From assembly GCA_021791535.1 (NCBI GenBank), contig JAJYWI010000008.1, positions 614 through 64,613 of the forward strand: 64,000 nt of DNA, read 5' to 3'. This document shows, piece by piece, positions 26,145 to 35,208 of this stretch. Under the pieces are notes generated by a model. The model was not told the DNA's origin. It saw only the letters and a program-made list of their open reading frames with translations, and did not search any database. Each line of letters begins with the position of its first letter. Within the stretch, counting starts at the first letter, position 1. The stretch is from Candidatus Micrarchaeota archaeon (lineage in GTDB: Archaea > Micrarchaeota > Micrarchaeia > Micrarchaeales > Micrarchaeaceae). Both the position numbers and the translations under genes were made by a program.

Positions 26145-26522
26145 ATGAAGGCAAAAGTGGATACTAACGACGCTCCAAAGGCGACAGGTCCCTTTTCCCA
26201 AGCTGTAGTAGAAGGTAATATGATATTCACATCAGGGCAGGTGCATCTGACCCTGGAGGGGAAATTACTTGATGGCACGATAGAAGAGCAAACACACCAA
26301 GTAATGAAGAACCTGAAGAACATACTTGAAAAGGCCGGTGTTTCATTTAGCAACGTTGTCAAAACGACGATATATGTTACAGACATGTCCAATTACGGTA
26401 GAATAAATACCGTGTACGGTGGATATTTCTCTGATCCTTTCCCGGCGCGGGAAGTAGTGTGCGTTAAAGAGTTGCCGCTCGGGGCAAAGTTGGAGATAAG
26501 CCTGGTGGCGGTTAGGCCTTAA
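26145..26522 (+). CDS. ridA: RidA/YjgF family reactive intermediate deaminase
   Basis: TGPFSQAVVEGNMIFTSGQV and PAREVVCVKELPLGAKLEI signatures. Confidence 0.85.
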   Translation: MKAKVDTNDAPKATGPFSQAVVEGNMIFTSGQVHLTLEGKLLDGTIEEQTHQVMKNLKNILEKAGVSFSNVVKTTIYVTDMSNYGRINTVYGGYFSDPFPAREVVCVKELPLGAKLEISLVAVRP

Positions 26523-26671
26523 AAACACGGCCATGCAGGTAATGTGGATTTCTCAGTAAGGTTTTGGGGTCGCCCATGAAACTGGCCCTCGTATCCATGA
26601 CTTCGTACACCAATTGCGATCCTTTCCCACTGGTCGCGCTTGCCAACACTCTCATCTAAAATAAATGCATA

Positions 26672-26679
26672 GATATATT
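26672..26679 (+). promoter_or_regulatory. TATA-like box upstream of tRNA-Arg
   Basis: gatatatt lies about 22-29 nt upstream of tRNA position 1. Confidence 0.4.
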
Positions 26680-26700
26680 GCTTTCTCCCCAAGTTATACC

Positions 26701-26775
26701 GGATCTGTGGCGCAACTTGGACAGCGCGCCGGGCTTCGGACCCGGATGTTGCGGGTTCAAATCCCGCCAGATCCG
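26701..26775 (+). tRNA. tRNA-Arg (anticodon UCG), no intron, CCA not encoded
   Basis: Hand-folded cloverleaf. Acceptor GGATCTG/CAGATCC; D stem GCGC/GCGC; anticodon stem CCGGG/CCCGG with loop CTTCGGA; 5-nt variable loop; T arm GCGGG-TTCAAAT-CCCGC; discriminator G. Confidence 0.9.
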
Positions 26776-26839
26776 TTGTGCTCACATGTGGCGGTAGCCA
26801 CATAATCCTTAAATAGATTTGCGTTGCATCGTATTTCGT

Positions 26840-27205
26840 ATGGTGGCTGAAACTCAGTCAAAGTTGCTAGGCAGGCGGAGGGTATTTCTCTACTTTGCGG
26901 TTTTCTTATTCATAACTATGCTGCTTGACGGGCTAGCAGAGCTCGACATCCCTATACATGCTGTAGACGACATAGGGATAGCAGTACTATCGATAATCGG
27001 CGTGATAATACTTGCAATCCTGTGGAAGAAGGAGTCTGCCGCAAGCCTCAGGACGCAGAATAACATACTTATCGGCCTTACTGCGATAATGATAATATTC
27101 CAGATATTCGGCATTGTGGTGGAGCGCGCAAGCCCCATGGACTTCGGCGACGATATACCTGTCCTGATAGGCCTGATAATAATGCTGCTGAACGGCTTCT
27201 TGTAG
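26840..27205 (+). CDS. Small integral membrane protein (3-4 TM), hypothetical
   Basis: Hydrophobic segments VFLYFAVFLFITMLL, GIAVLSIIGVIILAILW, LIGLTAIMIIFQIFGIVV, VLIGLIIMLLNGF. It lies between tRNA-Arg and its partial duplicate. Confidence 0.5.
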   Translation: MVAETQSKLLGRRRVFLYFAVFLFITMLLDGLAELDIPIHAVDDIGIAVLSIIGVIILAILWKKESAASLRTQNNILIGLTAIMIIFQIFGIVVERASPMDFGDDIPVLIGLIIMLLNGFL

Positions 27206-27214
27206 GGATCCTAC

Positions 27215-27250
27215 TGCCTGGCTTCGGACCCGGATGTTGCTGGTTCGATA
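27215..27250 (+). pseudogene. Partial duplicate of tRNA-Arg (anticodon stem/loop to T-arm); att-like direct repeat or tRNA remnant
   Basis: ggcttcggacccggatgttgc at 27220-27240 is identical to 26732-26752. The flanks show further similarity with mismatches. No acceptor or T-stem pairing is present, so it is not a functional tRNA. Confidence 0.8.
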
Positions 27251-27264
27251 CGGCTGGAATAAGC

Positions 27265-27272
27265 TTTATATA
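27265..27272 (+). promoter_or_regulatory. TATA-like box of the L1-P0-P1 operon
   Basis: tttatata lies about 66 nt upstream of the rpl1 ATG. aggagggg SD-like sequence lies 8 nt upstream of the ATG. Confidence 0.4.
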
Positions 27273-27337
27273 CCTATTCGCCCCTCATATAACGTCTGTT
27301 TTTCCCGTTTACTGCAGCTTTGCAGGAGGGGTTTAAC

Positions 27338-27967
27338 ATGGAAAAGGAGCAACTCGAAAAGCTAGGCTCGTTCATAGAGGCGAACAAGGGCAAACGCAAG
27401 TTTGCCCAAAGCGTCGACCTTGTGGTGAACTTCTCAGGCATAGATTTCACTAAGCCGGACAACCGCCTCAACCTTGAGGTTAAGCTGCCCAACGGCCGTG
27501 GAAAGGAGAGCAAGGTTATAGTATTCTCGGATGACCGCAACATCAACTCGAAGGTGGAGAAGTTCGGCGTGAAGATAATCCCTGGCAGCGAGATACCAAC
27601 CATAAGCAGCGATAGAGTAAGGCAGGCGGAGCTCCTCGATTACGAGCTCGTGGCACAGCCAGCGCTCATGCCGGCAATCGCGAAGCAGCTCGGCCAGTTC
27701 CTCGGCCCTAGGAACCGCATGCCAAGGCCATTGATAGGCGATGTTGAAGGCATAGTCAAGGGGATGGGCAATTCCATTTACATAAGGAGCAAGGGCAAGT
27801 ATCTGCCAACAGTGCATTGCGTCGTAGGGACGGAGAAGATGCCAGTCAACGAGATTGCGGCGAACATAGATGAGGTAGTCAGTAGCGTGGTCAAGAAGGT
27901 GGGCAGGCACAATATCAAGTCCGTTTATGTAAAGCTCACGATGAGCGAGCCGCTGAAGCTCGTGTAG
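27338..27967 (+). CDS. rpl1: 50S ribosomal protein L1
   Basis: Typical uL1 N-terminus KRKFAQSVDLVVNF, with conserved order L1-P0-P1. Confidence 0.9.
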   Translation: MEKEQLEKLGSFIEANKGKRKFAQSVDLVVNFSGIDFTKPDNRLNLEVKLPNGRGKESKVIVFSDDRNINSKVEKFGVKIIPGSEIPTISSDRVRQAELLDYELVAQPALMPAIAKQLGQFLGPRNRMPRPLIGDVEGIVKGMGNSIYIRSKGKYLPTVHCVVGTEKMPVNEIAANIDEVVSSVVKKVGRHNIKSVYVKLTMSEPLKLV

Positions 27968-27969
27968 GT

Positions 27970-28830
27970 GTGGACATGTTCACTAAGGATGAAAAAATAA
28001 AGTTCGTAAAGGATTCTACCTTGAAGCTGTCGAAGTACAGCACCGTTGGCATAGTCAACCTCGGGGGCATACCAGACAGGCTGCTCCAGAAGTCGAGGAA
28101 CAAGATGAGGGGCGATGCAAAGCTCATCTTCGGCAAGAGGAGCCTCCTCGTCAGGATACTCGAGGGCAACGACAGGACAAAGGGACTGGTGCCGATGATG
28201 GCCGGCACGTCAGCGATACTGCTCAGCAGCTCAGACCCGTTCGAGCTCTTCGGGGGCTTCAAGGCGAATGCCATAAAGCTGGCGGCTAAGCCGAAGCAAA
28301 TCGCGCCAGAGGACATCGTAATACATGGCGGCGAAACAAGCCTCCAGCCAGGCGCTGCGGTAACGGAGCTCAAGCAGGCAGGCGTTGACGTGCAGATACA
28401 GAAGGGCAAGGTTGTCATAGGGAAGGACAAGGTGCTGGTGAAGAAGGGCGAGACGATAAGCACTATCGCCGCAAAGGTCCTGCATACGCTGGGCATTCTG
28501 CCATTCACGGCGATCATGGAACCAAGCGTTCTTATATCTAACGGCATAACATTCACTAAGGAACTGCTCGACATAGACGAGCAGAGAACGAGATCCGAAA
28601 TACTCTCGGCTTTCAGGAACGCTTACTTCCTCTCGCTCGGTAGGGGAATAACAAACCAGTACACGATAAGGCCGCTCATAATCAAGGCATTCATGCAGGC
28701 TCGCACACTGGGTATAGAGACGAAGGCGTACGAGCCTGGGATAATAGAGACGCTGCTCGGCACCGCGTCTGCGCAGGCAGGTGCGCTGAATGCGATAACG
28801 AGGGGGCAGTCATCACAACCAACAATATGA
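27970..28830 (+). CDS. rplP0: 50S ribosomal protein L10 (acidic stalk protein P0)
   Basis: Position between L1 and P1, about 285 aa, P0-like N-terminal domain. GTG at 27970 or ATG at 27976. Confidence 0.9.
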   Translation: MDMFTKDEKIKFVKDSTLKLSKYSTVGIVNLGGIPDRLLQKSRNKMRGDAKLIFGKRSLLVRILEGNDRTKGLVPMMAGTSAILLSSSDPFELFGGFKANAIKLAAKPKQIAPEDIVIHGGETSLQPGAAVTELKQAGVDVQIQKGKVVIGKDKVLVKKGETISTIAAKVLHTLGILPFTAIMEPSVLISNGITFTKELLDIDEQRTRSEILSAFRNAYFLSLGRGITNQYTIRPLIIKAFMQARTLGIETKAYEPGIIETLLGTASAQAGALNAITRGQSSQPTI

Positions 28831-28845
28831 TGCTAAGGTGAAAAC

Positions 28846-29154
28846 ATGGAATATGTCTACGCAGCGTTGCTTCTTGACGCAGCCGGAAAGGAGGTTACGG
28901 AACAGGGCCTTTTGGATGTAATAAAGGCGGCCGGAATGACTCCCGAGGAGGCAAGGGCAAAGGCAATGGTCGCGTCCCTCAAGGGTGTGAACATAAAGGA
29001 CGTGATCAAGAACGCGCAGAGCATGCAGATGCAGGCGGCGGCGCCAAGTGCAGCCCCAGCAGGTGCAGCTCCGGCAGCCCCTAAGAAGGACGCAGAAGCA
29101 GAGAAGAAGAGCGAGGAAGAGGCCGCTAGCGGCTTGGCAAGCCTATTCGGCTGA
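28846..29154 (+). CDS. rpl12: 50S ribosomal stalk protein P1 (L12e)
   Basis: [11 protein letters not shown]-terminus, Ala/Pro hinge, acidic C-terminus ending GLASLFG. Confidence 0.9.
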   Translation: MEYVYAALLLDAAGKEVTEQGLLDVIKAAGMTPEEARAKAMVASLKGVNIKDVIKNAQSMQMQAAAPSAAPAGAAPAAPKKDAEAEKKSEEEAASGLASLFG

Positions 29155-29284
29155 CCATGCGGTTTAGGGCTTCTTCATGCACACATGTAGCCGTGCGGTT
29201 ACAGTTATTGTAAGGTGCGTTAGCTTGCAAGCAGCAAAAGTTATATACATTGCTGATGGATTGCGATATTAGTTAGATGGTATC

Positions 29285-29641
29285 ATGGATGTTTGGGTAG
29301 AGAAGCACAAATGCACAGGATGCGCGCACTGCCACGACGTTTGCCCTGTCGCAGTTTTCGAGATGAAGGACAGAGATTCTCCTGACGCTAACAACGACCA
29401 TGCACCGGAAGCAGACAAGTGGAAGGGGACTACAGATGCTGATGTGCTGGCAAAATGGAAGGATGTGAACGACGGCCACCATCACTTCGCGGATAAGTTC
29501 GACGGGACGAGCGGGGGGCTCTCGGTCGGCGTTAACGGAAGCGCATGCATACTCTGCCAGGCGTGCCTGATAGAGTGCGAAGGCGAGTGCATCGTGATAA
29601 CCGACGATGCAGGCACCGTATACAGGTCGATATACAAGTAG
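29285..29641 (+). CDS. 2x[4Fe-4S] ferredoxin-like protein with a long insertion between the cluster motifs
   Basis: CTGCAHCHDVCP and CILCQACLIEC motifs are separated by about 57 residues rich in D/H/K. Confidence 0.7.
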   Translation: MDVWVEKHKCTGCAHCHDVCPVAVFEMKDRDSPDANNDHAPEADKWKGTTDADVLAKWKDVNDGHHHFADKFDGTSGGLSVGVNGSACILCQACLIECEGECIVITDDAGTVYRSIYK

Positions 29642-29703
29642 CACTCCGCGAAGGATGGATTATAAACTTCTTCTGGGTAATATATTCTTTGCCTAGTGAC
29701 ACC

Positions 29704-32379
29704 ATGATAGAACAGCTTCAGCGCCCCTTTTCTGATGAGGAGAGCCTTGCTGTGCTCGACGGCAATGTCAGGGGATGGTTTGTAGAGAACTTCAAGGAGC
29801 TAACGCCGCCGCAGCGGTACGCATTCAAGCTCATCAGCGAGCGCAAGAACATACTGATAACTGCCCCTACAGGCAGCGGGAAGACGATGTCCGGCTTCCT
29901 CTCGATAATAAGCAGGCTCTTCGACCTCTCCCTCAAGGGCGAATTGGAGAATCGCGTATACTGCATCTATATATCGCCGCTCAGGGCGCTGAACAACGAC
30001 ATATACAAGAACTTGACTGTGCCGATAGAGCAAATCTACCAGAGGATAGTCAAGGCAAAAGGGGTCGACATAATAAAGGACAATATAAGGAAGGTCACGA
30101 TAGCTGTGAGGACAGGGGACACATCGCAAAAGGAGCGCAGGGCGCAGCTTCTGAGGCCGCCGCATATACTCGTCACCACACCGGAGAGCCTTGCGATACT
30201 CTTGAACTCTGAGAAGTTCGCAATGAACTTCAAGGGCCTTGAATACGTGATAATAGACGAGCTTCATGAGCTCGCCAACAACAAGCGCGGAGTGCACCTT
30301 GCGCTCTCGCTGGAGCGGCTCGGCGACCTATCTGGAAGCAGCTTCACAAGGATAGGGCTTGGCGCAACTCTCTACCCTCTTGAGGAGGCGGCCAAGTTCC
30401 TTGTAGGCTACGATAACGGCAAGCCCAGGGACTGCATGATAATAGACGCGTCTTGGAGCAAGCCGTTGGACATAAGGGTCATCAGCCCCGTAAGCGATCT
30501 CATCTATGCTGCGGAGGGGAGCACAGAGGACGCAACATACGAGGAGATAAACAGGATAATAAAGGAGAGCAAGAGCACGCTCATATTCACCAATACGAGG
30601 AGCGGGACCGAGAGGGTCGTCTACAACCTGAAGAAGCGTTTCAAGTATGGGGAGGACATCGCAGCCCACCACGGTTCGCTTTCGAAGGAGTCGAGGCTCG
30701 AAGTGGAGGAATTGCTCAAGAAGGGATCGCTCAAGTGCGCTGTATCATCCACAAGCCTGGAGCTAGGCATAGACATAGGAGCAATAGAGAACGTGATACA
30801 GTTGGGATCTCCTAAGAGCGTTACGCGCGCAATACAGAGGTTCGGCCGTGCAGGGCACAGCTTCAAGGCGACCGCAAAGGGCGAGACGATAGTATTGAAC
30901 AGGGACGACCTGGTCGAGTGCAGCGTTATGCTCGATGCTGCGCTGAAAAGGCATCTTGACTCGTTTTCGGTGCCGCAGAACGCGTTGGATGTGCTAGCGC
31001 AGCACATAGTCGGCATGTCGCTGACTAGGAAGTGGGATGTGGACGAGGCCTTCGCAGTGCTCAGGCAGGCGTATCCGTACCACGAGCTTGAGATGGAGGA
31101 CTTTATCTACCTGCTTAACTACCTCGCTGGCGCGTACGTCGGGCTTGAGAGCCGCAGGGTATACGCGAAGATCTGGTACGACGAAAAGGAACACGCGTTC
31201 GGAAAGCGCGGCCGGTTCACCAAGGTCATATACATGCTCAACCAGGGAACAATACCCGATGAGGTCGCAGTGAACGTATTCACTGCGCAGAACAAGTGGA
31301 TAGGGAGCATCGAGGAGGAGTTCATGACGAAGCTGAAGCCCGGTGATGTTTTCACCCTAGGCGGGCACCTATACAGGTTTGAGCATTCTAGGGGGATGAA
31401 AGCCTTTGTTACTGAGGCGAAGGACAGCGCGCCAACAATACCGCCCTGGTTCTCGGAGCAGCTGCCGCTCAGCTACGAGCTCGCCATAGAGATAGGCAAG
31501 TTCAGGGAGGAATTCGGCAAGATAGTTGGTGACAGCATAAAAAGGAAGCAGGTAAGGCCGATAAGAAGGAAGGAGGCGCTGCCCGATAAGGTGGGGGAAT
31601 TCCTGGGCAGGATGCCTATGGACGAGAACGCGAAACTGGCGATGTTCGGTTATTTCGCCGAGCAGCTGCTTTTTGCAAAGGTTGTTCCAACACATAAGTG
31701 CATACTTATAGAATCAACAGAAAACACCGACACAGGCAAGCGTCATCTGATATTCCATTCGCTTTTCGGCAGGAGGATCAATGACGCGCTCTCGCGGGCG
31801 TTCGCCATGGCGCTCGGGGAGATGCTCGACATAGACGTAGGCATAATGGTAAACGACAATGGATTCGTGCTTTCGGCCGAGGAAGGCATAGACAGTGGTA
31901 CTATCGATGACCTGATATCGGACATAACGAGGGCGAACATAGGCAGGATGCTGAAGAAGAACATCAGGAAGACCGAGCTGATGAGGCGCAGGTTCAGGCA
32001 CGTTGCTGCGAGGAGCTTCATGATACTGAAGAACTACAAGGGCTACAAGATAACCGTTGGAAGGCAGCAGGTGAATTCTCAGCTGATATTGAGCGCCGCT
32101 GAGAAGATAGATCCAAATTTTCCAGTAATACGAGAAGTTTACAGGGAGATATTCAACGACGTAATGGACCTGCCAAGGGCGGAGCAGATACTGAAAGATC
32201 TCAAATCCGGGGAGATGACATACAGGTTCATAGAGACCCCGTCGCCATCGCCTTTCGCGCATGGCATGCTGACATTCGGGCATGCGGACGTCGCGATGAT
32301 GAAAGAGAGGAGGAAGCATCTGCAGGAGTTGCACAAACTAGTGATGAAACGCATAAAGGGATGGGATGCAGCTCAATGA
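29704..32379 (+). CDS. lhr: Lhr-like ATP-dependent DEAD/DEAH-box helicase
   Basis: Walker A APTGSGKT; DEAH-like IIDELHEL; SAT-like motif; QRFGRAGH motif VI; long C-terminal Lhr-type domains. Start is at the MIEQLQ ATG at 29704. Confidence 0.85.
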   Translation: MIEQLQRPFSDEESLAVLDGNVRGWFVENFKELTPPQRYAFKLISERKNILITAPTGSGKTMSGFLSIISRLFDLSLKGELENRVYCIYISPLRALNNDIYKNLTVPIEQIYQRIVKAKGVDIIKDNIRKVTIAVRTGDTSQKERRAQLLRPPHILVTTPESLAILLNSEKFAMNFKGLEYVIIDELHELANNKRGVHLALSLERLGDLSGSSFTRIGLGATLYPLEEAAKFLVGYDNGKPRDCMIIDASWSKPLDIRVISPVSDLIYAAEGSTEDATYEEINRIIKESKSTLIFTNTRSGTERVVYNLKKRFKYGEDIAAHHGSLSKESRLEVEELLKKGSLKCAVSSTSLELGIDIGAIENVIQLGSPKSVTRAIQRFGRAGHSFKATAKGETIVLNRDDLVECSVMLDAALKRHLDSFSVPQNALDVLAQHIVGMSLTRKWDVDEAFAVLRQAYPYHELEMEDFIYLLNYLAGAYVGLESRRVYAKIWYDEKEHAFGKRGRFTKVIYMLNQGTIPDEVAVNVFTAQNKWIGSIEEEFMTKLKPGDVFTLGGHLYRFEHSRGMKAFVTEAKDSAPTIPPWFSEQLPLSYELAIEIGKFREEFGKIVGDSIKRKQVRPIRRKEALPDKVGEFLGRMPMDENAKLAMFGYFAEQLLFAKVVPTHKCILIESTENTDTGKRHLIFHSLFGRRINDALSRAFAMALGEMLDIDVGIMVNDNGFVLSAEEGIDSGTIDDLISDITRANIGRMLKKNIRKTELMRRRFRHVAARSFMILKNYKGYKITVGRQQVNSQLILSAAEKIDPNFPVIREVYREIFNDVMDLPRAEQILKDLKSGEMTYRFIETPSPSPFAHGMLTFGHADVAMMKERRKHLQELHKLVMKRIKGWDAAQ

Positions 32380-33112
32380 CGATGTGGAACTTCTGGACGG
32401 TCTGCCTGTCATATTCATAAAGAGCATAGACTCTCTTGTGATAGCTGACCCGCATCTAGGCTACGAGGGGGTCATGGCGAAGAAAGGGGTACTGATACCT
32501 AAGGTCAACCTCAAGCACATATGCACCATTCTTGACAGGGCGATCAAGGCAACAAAGGCGAAGACTCTGATTGTCGATGGAGACATAAAGAACGAATTCT
32601 CCACGGTTGACGAGGAAGAATTCAACGAGCTCTACGACTTCATAAACTTCGCAAAAGAGAGGCAGGTGTCGCTGGTTCTCATAAAAGGCAACCATGACAA
32701 CTTCGTTGAGCGGTACAGGGATGCGTTCAAGCTGCAGATATACGGGCAGGAGGCCGACATTGGAGGATACCTATTCTTCCATGGGGAGGAGCTGCCAATT
32801 GGGATGAACGATGGAACAAAGATGCTTGTCATGGGGCATGAGCACCCTGCCATATCCATATTCAACGAGGTCGGCAAGAGGGAAAAGCTGCGCTGCTTCC
32901 TTTACGGCAAGTTTAAGGGGAAGGATATTCTGGTACTGCCTGCGATAAACTATTTCGCGTCAGGCACAGACATAAACGCGGTGCCGGAAGACGAGCTCCT
33001 TGCGCCGATATTTGAGAGACTCCCGGTTGGTGAGATGCGCGCGATAGCCATCGGGTATGGATCCACTATTGATTTTGGCACCATATCAGAGCTGAAGCGT
33101 GCGATTGGATAG
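32366..33112 (+). CDS. Calcineurin-like metallophosphoesterase (MPE, COG1407-like), Lhr-associated
   Basis: Motifs DPHLG, DGDIKNEF, GNHD, GHEHP. Overlaps the lhr 3' end by 14 nt. Confidence 0.75.
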   Translation: MQLNDDVELLDGLPVIFIKSIDSLVIADPHLGYEGVMAKKGVLIPKVNLKHICTILDRAIKATKAKTLIVDGDIKNEFSTVDEEEFNELYDFINFAKERQVSLVLIKGNHDNFVERYRDAFKLQIYGQEADIGGYLFFHGEELPIGMNDGTKMLVMGHEHPAISIFNEVGKREKLRCFLYGKFKGKDILVLPAINYFASGTDINAVPEDELLAPIFERLPVGEMRAIAIGYGSTIDFGTISELKRAIG

Positions 33113-34648
33113 TCAGTGCAGCAGAGCAATGTAAAGCCATGGCAGTGCGTTGAGCACAAGCCCTATAAGTATAAGGCCAGTTACAAACCTTATGAAGAAC
33201 TCGCTCTTTATGTTTGTCTTGTAGATGCGCCAGCCATCAAAGCCAGGTATCGGCAACAGGTTGACTATCCCGACAAGGAAGTTGAGCAGGAATGAGAGCG
33301 CGAAAACTGTATAGAGGAAATAGAGCGCGTGCGCTTGCGCTGTGCTAGCAATTGCCTCTTTCTGGTAAAGCGATACGCCTATGTACCCCTTAGAGGAGCC
33401 GTTGATTGCTATCGCAGTGAAGGTATAGTTGCTGAATGTGCATGCGGCGGCTGATGCAGGATAGCAGTTAGGCGAGGCCGCCGTGACCGTCACTGTAGAT
33501 CCTGGAACGTCGTTGGCGCCGGCGGCTGTAATGCTTGCTATGTCGCTGATCTTGTGGCCGTTCCAGTACAGCACCTGCATGCCAGGCGAGAGTATCCCGT
33601 TTGCAGGCGTGTTTGGCAGCACACTCTGCACGAATATGCCCTTGTTCTGGTATATGCCTGGCACTACATACAGGAGCATCAGGAGCATCAGCACGAAGAA
33701 CACTATCGCTGCTATGAAGTTTGACGAGATGCCTGCTGCTGATATCGCATTCTGCTTCTGCTTGTCTAGCTTCTCTATCGCCTTCTCGTCAGGTTCCACG
33801 AATGCTCCAATCGGTATGACACCGAAGAGCAGCACGCCTATCTGCTTGAGCTTTACTTTCGCCATCCTGGCAAGCACTCCGTGGGAAAGCTCGTGTATTG
33901 TGAGTATTATCACAAGGGCTATTATCCCTGCTATGAGCGGAATGTCTATGCCGGGTATCACTGGCGCCACTCCGGGTATTTGGTTGGTGAGGAGGGTATT
34001 CTGCGGCGCGCCGGCATAAACCGAGAGTGCGTATGAGATTGTATTGGATAGGACATTTGCTGCATTGAAGAGCAGGGATCCTATTATGAAACCTGAGAAT
34101 CCTGATATTAGCGTGACGCCGTATACAAAATAGCCGTAGAGCGTGAGGCCAGAGAACGACGGCACACATTCTGCAGCTGCTGAGGCTGCGTATGTCTGCA
34201 GCTGCGGTATGTTTACGAACTGCAGGGGCACTGCGGTGCATGGCAGTATGAAATAGAGGAAGAGCAGCAGCGATACTATGCTGAATGCGAACAGTCTCTT
34301 GTCTACTTTCCCCTTCAGCAGCGGATATGACAGCAGACCGAAGCCGAGGACTATACCCCATATCGGCATCTGCTTCCAGAAACTTGTGTTCCTTTTCGAT
34401 ATGCTGTCAACGGTCTTTATGCCGCCGCTGCCCCCGAACATGTACAGCCCGTAGCCGCCTTTCAGCGACTTCAGCCTCTGAACAAGCATGCCTGATATGA
34501 AAAGTATGGCGATTGCCGCTATGACCTGGTTGACAAGACCCAAGAAGCTAGCGTAGTAATCAAGGCCTAGAAGTGCAAAGGCTATCACAAATATAGCAAC
34601 GACGGCCGCATTGGCTGCTGCTGCTTTTGATTTCATGCTCTCGGCCAT
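33113..34648 (-). CDS. M50 family site-2 protease with PDZ-like insert
   Basis: HELSHGVLA zinc motif within a multi-TM protein. Start is placed at the MAESMKS ATG at 34648. The longer ORF would overlap the divergent MBF1 gene. Confidence 0.75.
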   Translation of the reverse strand: MAESMKSKAAAANAAVVAIFVIAFALLGLDYYASFLGLVNQVIAAIAILFISGMLVQRLKSLKGGYGLYMFGGSGGIKTVDSISKRNTSFWKQMPIWGIVLGFGLLSYPLLKGKVDKRLFAFSIVSLLLFLYFILPCTAVPLQFVNIPQLQTYAASAAAECVPSFSGLTLYGYFVYGVTLISGFSGFIIGSLLFNAANVLSNTISYALSVYAGAPQNTLLTNQIPGVAPVIPGIDIPLIAGIIALVIILTIHELSHGVLARMAKVKLKQIGVLLFGVIPIGAFVEPDEKAIEKLDKQKQNAISAAGISSNFIAAIVFFVLMLLMLLYVVPGIYQNKGIFVQSVLPNTPANGILSPGMQVLYWNGHKISDIASITAAGANDVPGSTVTVTAASPNCYPASAAACTFSNYTFTAIAINGSSKGYIGVSLYQKEAIASTAQAHALYFLYTVFALSFLLNFLVGIVNLLPIPGFDGWRIYKTNIKSEFFIRFVTGLILIGLVLNALPWLYIALLH

Positions 34649-34745
34649 AGAGTCATAGTATAGTTTGGTTAAAGCTATATATTTGTTTAGACGAAGTCTC
34701 CAGTAAGTGTTTTTAATATAGAATGTGCTATTCTCGCGTGGTGGG

Positions 34746-35192
34746 ATGGAGGAGTGCGAGCTGTGCGGCCGGCAGATGAAAGATGCGTACATAGTGTCTG
34801 TTGAAGGTGCCGACCTTAGGGTGTGCTCCGATTGCGCGAAAGGCAAGAAGGTGCTCTATAAAGAGGTGGAAGAGAGGAAAAATACAGCGCCGAGGAAGAC
34901 GATAAGTAAGGGCGATGACAGGGTGGAGCTGGTGGAGGGTTACGGCAAGATGATCCATGCCGCCAGGGACCAGATGCAGCTTCCCCTCAAGGTGCTTGCA
35001 GAGATGATAAACGAGAAGGAGGCGCACATGCTAAGGGTTGAGGAGGAAAAAACAAGGCCGTCGATAGAGCTGACTAAGAAGATAGAGCGGGCCCTGAACA
35101 TAAAGATAACACAGCAGAAGGACGGCGGACCGGATATGCATGTCGGCAAGAAATCCGGAGGGGCGACGATTGGGGACTTCTTCAACGTGTAG
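34746..35192 (+). CDS. mbf1: MBF1-like transcription factor (zinc ribbon plus HTH)
   Basis: N-terminal CELCG...CSDC zinc ribbon followed by an HTH segment LPLKVLAEMINEKEAHMLRVE. Confidence 0.75.
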   Translation: MEECELCGRQMKDAYIVSVEGADLRVCSDCAKGKKVLYKEVEERKNTAPRKTISKGDDRVELVEGYGKMIHAARDQMQLPLKVLAEMINEKEAHMLRVEEEKTRPSIELTKKIERALNIKITQQKDGGPDMHVGKKSGGATIGDFFNV

Positions 35193-35208
35193 AGCCTTGG
35201 TGTAGGCG

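Noticed and set aside
26519-26803. 94-aa minus-strand ORF in the track
   Set aside because: It runs antisense across the well-folding tRNA-Arg gene and its promoter. The composition is not protein-like and it has no motif.
27313-27326. Hairpin ctgca-gctt-tgcag overlapping the rpl1 SD, as a possible L1 autoregulatory site
   Set aside because: The 5-bp stem is too small to distinguish from chance, and I cannot show similarity to the 23S rRNA L1-binding site from sequence alone.
29545-29703. N-terminal extension of the Lhr ORF
   Set aside because: It overlaps the ferredoxin gene in another frame and is Arg-rich junk. Helicase homology starts after the ATG at 29704.
34649-34846. N-terminal extension of the M50 protease ORF
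   Set aside because: It would overlap the divergent MBF1 gene and its promoter. The hydrophobic mature protein begins at the MAESMKS ATG at 34648.
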